Shown here: positions 56,320-64,000 of the stretch, one piece after another
How the letters are laid out: every line of letters starts with the position of its first letter
How positions within the stretch are numbered: position 1 is the first letter of the stretch
NCBI GenBank assembly: GCA_963813325.1
Contig: CAWEYM010000001.1
Location: 75,356-139,355 of the forward strand
Source of the DNA: an uncultured Acidobacteriota bacterium
GTDB lineage: Bacteria > Acidobacteriota > Vicinamibacteria > Vicinamibacterales > JAKQTR01
Reading direction: 5' to 3'
Length of the DNA: 64,000 nt
The notes under the pieces: generated by a model
What the model was told of the DNA's origin: nothing
Seen by the model: the letters and a program-made list of their open reading frames with translations, nothing else
Databases searched by the model: none
Made by a program: the position numbers and the translations under genes

Positions 56320-57744
56320 CTACGGCCGGGCTTGCGGCGTGGTGCCGGCGTAGCCGAAGTACCCGTGCGCCTTGATCATGGCCACGACCTCGGGCGGCAC
56401 CAGGGTCTCCCAGGCCGGATCGCCGGCCCGCAGTTCGCCGAGCACGTCCCGGGGCAGGAGGGACAAGCCAGCCTCACTGAACTGGCGGATCGGCTCGATG
56501 AAGCGATTGTCGAGCAGATGCGCGTACAGGTGGCGGATGTGCGGCGGCGGCTCGAAGTTGTCGGCCGTGATCAGGCGGCCGGTGCGCATGTCCTTCCACG
56601 GATAGATGTAGAGCTTCACCCGGCCGTTGAAGAGGCGCCCGACCGCCTCGAGCACGCCGCCCTCCATGTCCCGGTAGTACTTCTCTTCGAAGATCTGCCT
56701 GAGTGTCGGCACGCCGAGGACCATCACCACCTGGTTCGGCGTGTAACGGCGCAGGTACGACGTCACGTTGTGGAACCGGGAATAGTTGGAGACCATGACG
56801 GTCTTGCCGAGCGCGCTCAGCGTGTCGACGCGCGCCAGGAAGTCGCTGTGCTCGATGCGCTCGTCCATGGTCATCAGGTTGCGCAGCGTCATCTCGGTCA
56901 GCACGACGGGTTTCTGGCCTGCGAGGTCCGGCTCGCGCCGCATCTGGGCCAGGGCGCTCTCCAGCATGTCCAACGTCACCTTGGTGACCGGCCGGAAGCT
57001 GCCGCGCTCGATGAGGACCGGCTCGTGATAGAGGATCTCGGCCGGTTCGCGCACCTCGCCGTCCGAGGTGAACACGGCGGCGTTGGTGAGCCGCTGCTGC
57101 ACCAGTTGCAGGCTCATCAGCCGGTTGTCCACGCCGGCGAACGCCGGTCCCGAGAACTTGACCATGTCCACTTCCATCCGGTCCCGGGTCAGCTCGTCCA
57201 TCAGCGAACGGAGCAGGGCCCCGGGGTCCTGGTGCAGGTAGAACGCCCCGTAGCTCAGGTTCACGCCGATCATCCCGAGCGCTTCCTGCTGGTGGACGTT
57301 GTCCTTGTCCCACATCCGGGCGTGGATGATGATCTCGGAGGGATCGGCGCGCGGCGCGGCCTGGAAGCGAATTCCCAGCCAGCCGTGGCCTTCGTCGGGA
57401 TGCGAGTAGCTGCGCGCCGCGATCGTGTCGGCGAACACGAAGAACGAGGTCCGCCCGCCGCGCTCGTCGTCGAGGCGCCGCAGCAGCAGCTTCCACTCGT
57501 GGTCGAGCATGGCCTGAAGCCGCTGCCGGCTGACGTACCGGGTCGTCGGCCCGTACACGGCATCCGACACGGTCATGTCGTAGGCCGAGATCGTCTTGGA
57601 GACCGTGCCCGCCGCGCCCCCGACCCGGAAGAACCAGCGTGCCACCTCCTGGCCCGCGCCGATCTCGGCGAAGGTGCCGTAGCGGCCGCCGTCGAGGTTG
57701 ATGTGAAGCGCCTTGTGATGGGTGCTGAGGTCGTCGTCGGCCAT
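56320..57744 (-). CDS. Conserved-looking cytoplasmic protein of unknown function (474 aa)
   Basis: ATG 57744 gives MADDDLSTHHKALHINLDGGRYGTFAEIGAGQEVARWFF. Composition is balanced and there is no signal peptide or TM. I cannot assign a family. Confidence 0.8.
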   Translation of the reverse strand: MADDDLSTHHKALHINLDGGRYGTFAEIGAGQEVARWFFRVGGAAGTVSKTISAYDMTVSDAVYGPTTRYVSRQRLQAMLDHEWKLLLRRLDDERGGRTSFFVFADTIAARSYSHPDEGHGWLGIRFQAAPRADPSEIIIHARMWDKDNVHQQEALGMIGVNLSYGAFYLHQDPGALLRSLMDELTRDRMEVDMVKFSGPAFAGVDNRLMSLQLVQQRLTNAAVFTSDGEVREPAEILYHEPVLIERGSFRPVTKVTLDMLESALAQMRREPDLAGQKPVVLTEMTLRNLMTMDERIEHSDFLARVDTLSALGKTVMVSNYSRFHNVTSYLRRYTPNQVVMVLGVPTLRQIFEEKYYRDMEGGVLEAVGRLFNGRVKLYIYPWKDMRTGRLITADNFEPPPHIRHLYAHLLDNRFIEPIRQFSEAGLSLLPRDVLGELRAGDPAWETLVPPEVVAMIKAHGYFGYAGTTPQARP

Positions 57745-57751
57745 GGGCCGT

Positions 57752-57757
57752 ATTATC
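57752..57757 (-). promoter_or_regulatory. -10 box GATAAT, 7 nt before the ATG of the unknown 474-aa gene
   Basis: The minus strand reads gagGGATAATacggcccATG. There is no SD. Confidence 0.4.
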
Positions 57758-57908
57758 CCTCGACACCCGGCGATCTCGAGCACGGAGATCCGGCAAAGGG
57801 GCCCCGGAACCCCGCCGTGCGGCCGCTGCAGTTGCAGAGGCCTGCGGATACCCGCCGGCGGATCCGGGCCTATACTGGTGCCGTACCGTCCGCCCTCGAG
57901 GATCTGCC

Positions 57909-58874
57909 ATGCATTCACGCGCACTCGCCTTCGTCCTGCTCCTTGTCGCTGCTCCGGTGGTCGGGGTCGCTGGCGTCCTGCCCGCCGCGGTGTCGCAGAA
58001 GTCGGCCGGCGCGGCCACCGGCGGCGAGCCCGAGGCCATGTCACTGCTCGGCGTGCCGCTGTACCCGGTGCTACTCGCGCCGGACGCGAAGAAGGTGGCC
58101 GAGGAGAACCTGCAGAAAGCCCGCGACGCGTTCGCGAAGGTGCCCGACAGCGCAGAAGCCATCATCTGGCTCGGCAGGCGGGCCGCCGTTGCCGGCCACG
58201 TGCGCGAGGCGATCGACGCCTTCACGCGCGGCATCGCCGCGTTTCCGGCGGATGCGCGGTTCTACCGGCATCGCGGCCATCGCTACGTGACCGTTCGCGA
58301 GTTCGACAAGGCCATTGCCGATCTGCGGAAGGCGTCGCTGCTCATTGCGGGGAAACCCGACGAGCCGGAGCCGTCCACGGCTGATCCGACGGTCATGTCG
58401 AGCGAGACGCTGCACTACACCGTCTACTATCACCTCGGCCTGGCGTACTACCTGAAGGGCGACTTCACCAGCGCGCTCCCCGTGTACCGGCAGTGCCTCG
58501 CGGTGGCCAGGGGCAACGACGACCAGACGGCCGGCGCGAGCGACTGGCTCTACATGACGCTCCGGCGTCTCGGCCGGACGGCGGACGCCGCGAAGGTGCT
58601 GGAGCCGATCGTCGCCGGGATGAAGATCAAGGACGACCAGCAGTACTATGACCGGCTTCAGATGTACAAGGGCCTGCGCAAGCCCGAGGACCTGCTCAGC
58701 GCGGGCGGCGATCCCGTTTCGGCCGCGACCCTGGCGTACGGCGTCGCGAACTGGTACTTCTACAACGGACGGACAGGCGAAGCGAAGGCGCTCTTCCAGC
58801 GCATCATCACGGGACCGAACTGGATGCCGTTCGGCTTCATCGCCGCGGAAGCCGAGCTTGCGCGGATGAAATAG
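57909..58874 (+). CDS. Secreted TPR-repeat protein
   Basis: Has a signal peptide and TPR-like helical repeats (AIDAFTRGIAAFPADARFYRHRGHRYVTVREFDKAIADLRKA). GAGGA lies before the ATG. Confidence 0.8.
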   Translation: MHSRALAFVLLLVAAPVVGVAGVLPAAVSQKSAGAATGGEPEAMSLLGVPLYPVLLAPDAKKVAEENLQKARDAFAKVPDSAEAIIWLGRRAAVAGHVREAIDAFTRGIAAFPADARFYRHRGHRYVTVREFDKAIADLRKASLLIAGKPDEPEPSTADPTVMSSETLHYTVYYHLGLAYYLKGDFTSALPVYRQCLAVARGNDDQTAGASDWLYMTLRRLGRTADAAKVLEPIVAGMKIKDDQQYYDRLQMYKGLRKPEDLLSAGGDPVSAATLAYGVANWYFYNGRTGEAKALFQRIITGPNWMPFGFIAAEAELARMK

Positions 58875-58898
58875 TAGTAGTGCAGGAAGGAGTCCGTC

Positions 58899-59549
58899 AT
58901 GACCGGATCCGCCGTTCTCGCCATCGCGCTGGCCTTCTCGTTGCCTCAGACCGCTGATCGGACGCAAAAGGCCCTTCACGCGGTCGAGTGGACCGACCCC
59001 GCAGGCGACGTCCAGCGGGGCAATACCAGTGACGGGACGCGCCCCGGGTTCGATGTCGTCAAGCTCGGACTGGTGAGCGACGGCACGGCGCTGACGATCA
59101 ACGCCACGCTGAAGGGCCCGCTGTCCGGCGACTGGGGATCGGAGGTCGTCACGATCTACATCGACACCGACAACAGCCCGTCCACTGGCTACAAGACCTT
59201 CTGGAGCGACACCACAGGCTTTGAGCTCAAGGCGAAGCTGCTGGCCTGCGTCGACTACGTCAACGGCGGCATGGCATGCGTCGGAAGCCTCACCGGTGCG
59301 AAGGTCAAGGGATACCACGCGGTGGCGACGGTCGGAAAGATGATCGACACGAGCGGGAATACCGAAGACATCGTGGGGACGTTCAAGGCGGTGGCGGTGC
59401 CGATCCAGGGCGCACTCGTGTCAGCGAAACTGACCTACACGGATCTCGGGGTGAAGCCCGGCCAGACCATTCGCCTCGTCGCCCGCGAGACCGACGGCCC
59501 GATGGACGCCACGGCGGACTTCCCGCTCGTGCGGTTGACGCTGAAGTAA
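58899..59549 (+). CDS. Secreted hypothetical protein (216 aa, beta-rich)
   Basis: AAGGAG lies 6 nt before the ATG. It has a signal peptide MTGSAVLAIALAFSLPQTA and lies 24 nt after the TPR gene. I recognise no family. Confidence 0.7.
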   Translation: MTGSAVLAIALAFSLPQTADRTQKALHAVEWTDPAGDVQRGNTSDGTRPGFDVVKLGLVSDGTALTINATLKGPLSGDWGSEVVTIYIDTDNSPSTGYKTFWSDTTGFELKAKLLACVDYVNGGMACVGSLTGAKVKGYHAVATVGKMIDTSGNTEDIVGTFKAVAVPIQGALVSAKLTYTDLGVKPGQTIRLVARETDGPMDATADFPLVRLTLK

Positions 59550-59636
59550 GCCCGACGTCCGCAATCCGCAGCCGTTCAACGGTCGCGTCCGGCCCCGTAT
59601 CGGTACAAGACCGGGAGGAGCACGTGGACATCAGGC

Positions 59637-60314
59637 TCACGCCCGGGGTGCGCCGAGCAAGAGGCGGTTCTTCGGTGTGACGTCCGCCGGTATGGTCTGC
59701 GTCCAGACTCGATAGCCCTGCTGCTCGAGGCGCACCGCCCGCAGAACGTCGATCGCGACGGCGCGGTCAATCCAGCCAGCCAGCGCGCCCGCATCGCAAC
59801 TCGTGAAATCGTGACAGCACGGCAGCACGGCGACGCGTGCGCGCGCGTTCACGGCCAGGTCCAGCACCAGATCGGTGAGCGCCCCGCAGGCATGGCTCGA
59901 GACGACGAGGTCGGTGCCTTCAATCGCGACGTTCTCCAGTGCGCCGGACACAAAAGTGACGCGCCCGGAGAGCCTGGGCCAGGCCAGCAGGAGCGCCTCG
60001 TGCAGCTTCACGCTCGAGGCTGGCAACGCCGCGTCGACGACGAGTGCCGCGGGCGACGACTCGTCCAGCAGAAGCAGCGCCTGGGCGAGCAGACCGTGTC
60101 CGCCGCCCAAATCGATGATGCGTCCGCCGCGGAACAGCCGCCGCACCCGCCGCGCCATCTCCCACGATTCGTACAGTTCCTTTCGCGGCAGACATCCCGC
60201 GTGGCAGACCGCCCGCGCCATCCGATGAAAGAGCGTGTCGCCAGGAAAGCGATCGAGGTCCCGGTCGGTCAGGCGTTCGCGGGAGGATGGTGAGAACACG
60301 ACCTGACTGTACAC
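59637..60314 (-). CDS. Class I SAM-dependent methyltransferase-like protein
   Basis: SAM-binding loop GGRIIDLGGGHGLLAQ and C-terminal VAVLPCCH. Only the 3' ~225 codons of the 417-aa track ORF look protein-like. The start (GTG 60314) is uncertain. Confidence 0.65.
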   Translation of the reverse strand: MYSQVVFSPSSRERLTDRDLDRFPGDTLFHRMARAVCHAGCLPRKELYESWEMARRVRRLFRGGRIIDLGGGHGLLAQALLLLDESSPAALVVDAALPASSVKLHEALLLAWPRLSGRVTFVSGALENVAIEGTDLVVSSHACGALTDLVLDLAVNARARVAVLPCCHDFTSCDAGALAGWIDRAVAIDVLRAVRLEQQGYRVWTQTIPADVTPKNRLLLGAPRA

Positions 60315-60558
60315 CCGGGAGCGCGCCGCCAACTCTCCATTCGAGCGCCTGGGTCTGGAGAGTCTGTCGGCGTTCGGGGATCGGGCTGGGAGGCAGGGAC
60401 CGTGTCCGCCACGGGCATCATGAAGATGCGGCGCGAGCCGGTCACGCTGGAGACGGGGCCCCGACTGAGGTACGCTATCAGGAGCGAAGATGCGACAACG
60501 AGGCGCTGGACCCTCCCGCGGCGCAGCTTCGCGACAGGGACCGTTGCCCGGAGCCACC

Positions 60559-61584
60559 ATGCCCATCGACTTCGACCAGCTAGAACGCGAGGCCCTGTCC
60601 GGGCTCGCCGCGATCGCCGACTCGGCGGCCCTCGCGGAGTGGCGCACCGCCGTGCTCGGGCGCACGTCGCCCATCCTGGCCGCGCTCGGCGGCCTCGGCG
60701 CCCTGCCCAGGGACGAGCGCCGCGCCGTCGGCCAGCGCGGCAACCAGGCCAGGCAGGCACTCGAACGCGCGTACGAAGAGGCCGCCGGGCGGCTGCGCGA
60801 AGCGGAACTCGCCCGCGCCATCGGCGCCGGCACGATCGACGTCACGCTGCCGGGGCGGCCGCGCGCGCGAGGCCGCCTCCACCCGGCCACGCAGACCCTG
60901 CGGCAAATCTACGCGATCTTCGCGGAGATGGGCTTCCAGATCTACCGCTCGCGCGACGTCGAGTCGGACGAGTACAACTTCTCGCTGCTCAACATCCCGC
61001 CGCATCACCCGGCCCGCGACATGTGGGATACGTTCTACACCACCGCGCCCAACGTGATCCTCCGGACGCACACCTCGCCCGGCCAGATCCACGTGATGCG
61101 GCAGTACTGCCCGGAGCCCATCCGCGTCATCCTGCCCGGCATGTGCTATCGCTACGAGCAGATCACGGCCCGCAGCGAGATCCAGTTCTACCAGGTCGAG
61201 GGCCTGGCGATCGGGCGGCACATCACGATGGCCGACCTCAAGGGGACGTTGTCCTCGTTTGCCACGGCGCTCTTCGGCCGCAAGGTGCGCACCCGCTTCC
61301 GCGCCGACCACTTCCCCTTCACCGAGCCCTCGGCGGAAATGGACGTCGAGTGCTTCGTGTGCGACGGGGCCGGCTGCCCGGTCTGCAAGCAGAGCGGCTG
61401 GCTCGAGATCCTCGGTTGCGGCATGGTCCACCCGGTGGTGCTCGAGAACGGCGGCTACGACCCGCGCGTGTACTCCGGCTTCGCGTTCGGGATGGGCCCG
61501 CAGCGCATCACGATGCTGATGCACAAGATCGAGGACATCCGGTACTTCTTCGCCAACGACCTGCGGTTCCTGGAACAGTTCTGA
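60559..61584 (+). CDS. pheS: Phenylalanine--tRNA ligase alpha subunit
   Basis: Class II aaRS motifs are present (FRADHFPFTEPSAEMD; SGFAFGMGPQRITML) along with FYQVEGL. ATG 60559 gives the typical N-terminal coiled-coil. Confidence 0.95.
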   Translation: MPIDFDQLEREALSGLAAIADSAALAEWRTAVLGRTSPILAALGGLGALPRDERRAVGQRGNQARQALERAYEEAAGRLREAELARAIGAGTIDVTLPGRPRARGRLHPATQTLRQIYAIFAEMGFQIYRSRDVESDEYNFSLLNIPPHHPARDMWDTFYTTAPNVILRTHTSPGQIHVMRQYCPEPIRVILPGMCYRYEQITARSEIQFYQVEGLAIGRHITMADLKGTLSSFATALFGRKVRTRFRADHFPFTEPSAEMDVECFVCDGAGCPVCKQSGWLEILGCGMVHPVVLENGGYDPRVYSGFAFGMGPQRITMLMHKIEDIRYFFANDLRFLEQF

Positions 61585-61600
61585 CGAGCGAGCGTCGATC

Positions 61601-64000
61601 ATGCGCGTACCCCTGACCTGGCTCCGCGACTTCGTCGCGATCACCGACTCCCCGGAGGCGCTGGCCTCGCGCCTCACCTTCGCCGGGCTCGAGGTGGAAG
61701 ACCTCGAGTACGTGGGCCTGGCGCCGGCCGACCGGCCCATCGCCGGCCTGGCCCGGAAGCACCCCGCCGGCAGCCCCGCGAAGGGCCTCGCCTGGGACCC
61801 GGCGACCATCGTCATCGCGCGGATCCTCGAGGTGCTGCCGCATCCCAACGCCGATCGCCTCACACTGCTGCGCGTCGACGACGGCAGCGGCGCCGAGCAG
61901 ATCGTGCTGACGGGCGCGCCGAACCTGTTCCCCTTCAAGGGCGCCGGGCCGCTCGCCACGCCGCTCAAGGTCGTCTACGCGCGCGAGGGCGCGGTGCTCT
62001 ACGACGGCCACAAGCCGGGCCGCGAGGTGATGACGCTGAAGCGCGCGAAGATCCGCGGCGTCGAGTCGAAGTCGATGGTGTGTTCGGAGAAGGAGCTGGG
62101 CATCTCCGACGATCACGAGGGGATCATCATCCTGGACGAGGACGCGCCCGTGGGGGCCCCGGCGGCCGAGTACATGGGCGACACGGTCTTCGAGGTGAAG
62201 ATCAACCCCAACATGGCCCGCAACGCCTGCGTGTTCGGCATTGCGCGCGAGATCGCCGCCCTGACGGGCGCCCCGCTGACCTCGGTCGACTACCGCGTGC
62301 AGGCGGCCGGGCCGGCGATCACCGGGCGCCTCGCCATCGAGATCCGCAGCGCCGCCCTCAACCCGCGGTTCGTCGCGGCGCTCATCGAGGGCGTGCGGAT
62401 CGGCCCGAGCCCGTACGAGGTGCAGCGCCGGCTACGACTGGCCGGCACACGCCCGATCAACAACATCGTCGACGCCAGCAACTACGTGATGTTCGAGGTC
62501 GGCGAACCGCTCCACGCGTTCGACTGGGACGTGCTGCGGAAGCGTGCCGGCACCGGGCTGCCGACGATCATCACGCGGCTTCCGGAGCCCGGTGAGTCGC
62601 TGACGACGCTCGACGGCGTCACGCGAAAGCTGGACGACTACACCGTGCTCGTGTGCGACAAGCGCGGCGCGCTGTCGATCGCCGGGGTCATGGGCGGCGC
62701 CGAGTCCGAGGTGACCGGCGCCACGACCAACGTCCTGCTGGAAGGCGCGGCGTGGGACTTCATCAACGTCCGGCGCACCGTGAAGGCGCAGAACCTGCCG
62801 TCCGAGGCGTCGTACCGGTTCTCGCGCGGCGTCCACCCGGCGATGGCCGAGCGCGGCGTCCGGCGCGGCATCGAGTTGATGCGCCGGTGGGCCGGCGGCA
62901 CGGTGGCCGAGGGCCTGGTCGATGCGTACCCCGGCAGGCCGGAGCCGGTCGTCGTGGACATTTCCACGGGCCTGGTCGAGCGGCAGCTCGGCGTGGCCCT
63001 GCCGGCGGGCGAGATCGTCCGCATCCTCCACGCCCTGGAATTCCACTGCGAGCTGCTCGACGGGGCCGGCGCCGGCGACCTCCGCATCCGGGTGACGGCA
63101 CCCGACCACCGGCTGGACATCGGGACGGGCGTAATCGGCCAGGCCGACATCGTCGAGGAAATCGCCCGCATCTACGGCTACGAGCGGATTCCCGAGACGC
63201 AGCTGGCCGAGCTGCTGCCTCCGCCCCATGCCAATCGTGACCTGGAGCTCGAGGAGCGCACCCGCGACCTCCTCGCCAGCCTCGGGCTGCAGGAGATCGT
63301 GACCTACAGCCTGACCTCGCCCGAGCGCGAGGCGCGGCTGCGCGCGGCATCCGGGGCCGCCGCGCCGGACGAGCCGGCGTACGTCCGCCTCGCGAACCCC
63401 ATCGTCGTGGACCGCGTGGTGATGCGGCGGTCGCTGCTGCCGGGCGCGATGGAGGTGGCGGCCGCCAACGCGCGCAGCAACGACCGGCTCGCGCTGTTCG
63501 AAATCGGATCGGTCTATCTCCCGAAAGACGGCGCGCCATTGCCGGACGAACCCCAGAGGGTGGCGATCCTGCTGGCAGGGCCGCGCGACCCGCAGGGCTG
63601 GCAGCCGGCCGATCGCGGGCCGATGGACTTCTACGATCTCAAGGGAATCGTCGAAGAGGTTGCCGGCGCGCTGCACCTCGCGGAGGTTGCGTTCGAGCCC
63701 TCCGTGCACGAGGCGTTCACGCCGGGCCGGACGGCCGACCTCCGCGTGAACGGCACCGCCGCCGGCTGGCTTGGAGAAATCCATCCGGACGTCGCTCGCG
63801 CCTTCGGCCTGGGCGGCGCGTCCGTCGTGGCGGCCGAGCTGGACCTGGCTGCCTTGCTGGCATCGGCGCAGGCCCGTCACCCCGTTCGGCCGGTTCCCGC
63901 GTACCCGCCCGTCAAGGAGGACGTGGCGGTCATCGTGGACGAAGCCGTCCCGGCAGCGCAAGTGCGGCGCGTCATCGTCGAGGCTGGCGGCCGGCTGCTT
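61601..64000 (+). CDS. pheT: Phenylalanine--tRNA ligase beta subunit (partial, runs off window)
   Basis: This open frame is not in the ORF track because it has no stop inside the window. Hand translation gives MRVPLTWLRDFVAITDSPEALASRLTFAGLEVEDLEYVGL and later IRGVESKSMVCSEKELGISDDHEGIIILDE (tRNA-binding domain). It starts 16 nt after pheS. Confidence 0.95.
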   Translation, partial: MRVPLTWLRDFVAITDSPEALASRLTFAGLEVEDLEYVGLAPADRPIAGLARKHPAGSPAKGLAWDPATIVIARILEVLPHPNADRLTLLRVDDGSGAEQIVLTGAPNLFPFKGAGPLATPLKVVYAREGAVLYDGHKPGREVMTLKRAKIRGVESKSMVCSEKELGISDDHEGIIILDEDAPVGAPAAEYMGDTVFEVKINPNMARNACVFGIAREIAALTGAPLTSVDYRVQAAGPAITGRLAIEIRSAALNPRFVAALIEGVRIGPSPYEVQRRLRLAGTRPINNIVDASNYVMFEVGEPLHAFDWDVLRKRAGTGLPTIITRLPEPGESLTTLDGVTRKLDDYTVLVCDKRGALSIAGVMGGAESEVTGATTNVLLEGAAWDFINVRRTVKAQNLPSEASYRFSRGVHPAMAERGVRRGIELMRRWAGGTVAEGLVDAYPGRPEPVVVDISTGLVERQLGVALPAGEIVRILHALEFHCELLDGAGAGDLRIRVTAPDHRLDIGTGVIGQADIVEEIARIYGYERIPETQLAELLPPPHANRDLELEERTRDLLASLGLQEIVTYSLTSPEREARLRAASGAAAPDEPAYVRLANPIVVDRVVMRRSLLPGAMEVAAANARSNDRLALFEIGSVYLPKDGAPLPDEPQRVAILLAGPRDPQGWQPADRGPMDFYDLKGIVEEVAGALHLAEVAFEPSVHEAFTPGRTADLRVNGTAAGWLGEIHPDVARAFGLGGASVVAAELDLAALLASAQARHPVRPVPAYPPVKEDVAVIVDEAVPAAQVRRVIVEAGGRLL

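Noticed and set aside
60490-60558. Upstream ATG for pheS with AGGAG 5 nt before it.
   Set aside because: It would add a Gly/Arg-rich 23-aa extension that is unlike PheS N-termini. ATG 60559 also has a GGAG and gives the expected coiled-coil start. I left this as an alternative only.
60315-60558. Possible T-box or leader-peptide attenuator upstream of pheST.
   Set aside because: I saw no Phe-rich leader peptide, no T-box sequence and no terminator/antiterminator pair.

Overview
This is a high-GC (roughly two-thirds G+C by eye) bacterial chromosomal segment with dense coding. I call 47 protein-coding genes, the last of which (pheT) runs off the window end. I found no rRNA, tRNA, CRISPR array, transposase, integrase or phage genes. 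The gene content suggests an Acidobacteriota-like soil bacterium, which is inference only: a CarboxypepD_reg-type TonB-dependent receptor, paired FtsX/MacB-type permeases, a sortilin/BNR Asp-box protein, and many secreted hydrolases and lipoproteins. Recognisable blocks are: galK plus a DAACS symporter; truA; a MacAB-like efflux operon (adaptor, ATPase, two permeases); sufBCD-sufT; a penicillin-acylase-family enzyme; a TonB receptor/amidohydrolase/M24 peptidase operon; DUF2207; TerC; DPP4-thrB-thrC; AGCS and MATE transporters; rluD; a phosphatidylcholine synthase-like gene; and pheST. The ORF track is full of long Arg/Pro/Gly-rich shadow ORFs, typical of high-GC DNA, which I rejected. Several real genes needed their starts moved inward to codons with a Shine-Dalgarno site or a sensible signal peptide. 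I see no convincing novel multi-gene system. The items most worth a second look are: (1) a 100-nt structured repeat joined to the stop codons of two unrelated genes; (2) a recurrent pattern of -10 boxes 7-10 nt upstream of start codons with no SD site, suggesting leaderless mRNAs; (3) a 24-bp near-perfect AT-rich palindrome over a promoter upstream of DUF2207; (4) a TonB receptor whose signal peptide only makes sense with a CTG start; (5) a 23-nt direct repeat flanking a GT39-like gene; and (6) a conserved-looking 474-aa cytoplasmic protein I cannot place in any family. Coordinates of non-ORF features were counted by hand from ORF-track anchors and may be off by 1-2 nt.
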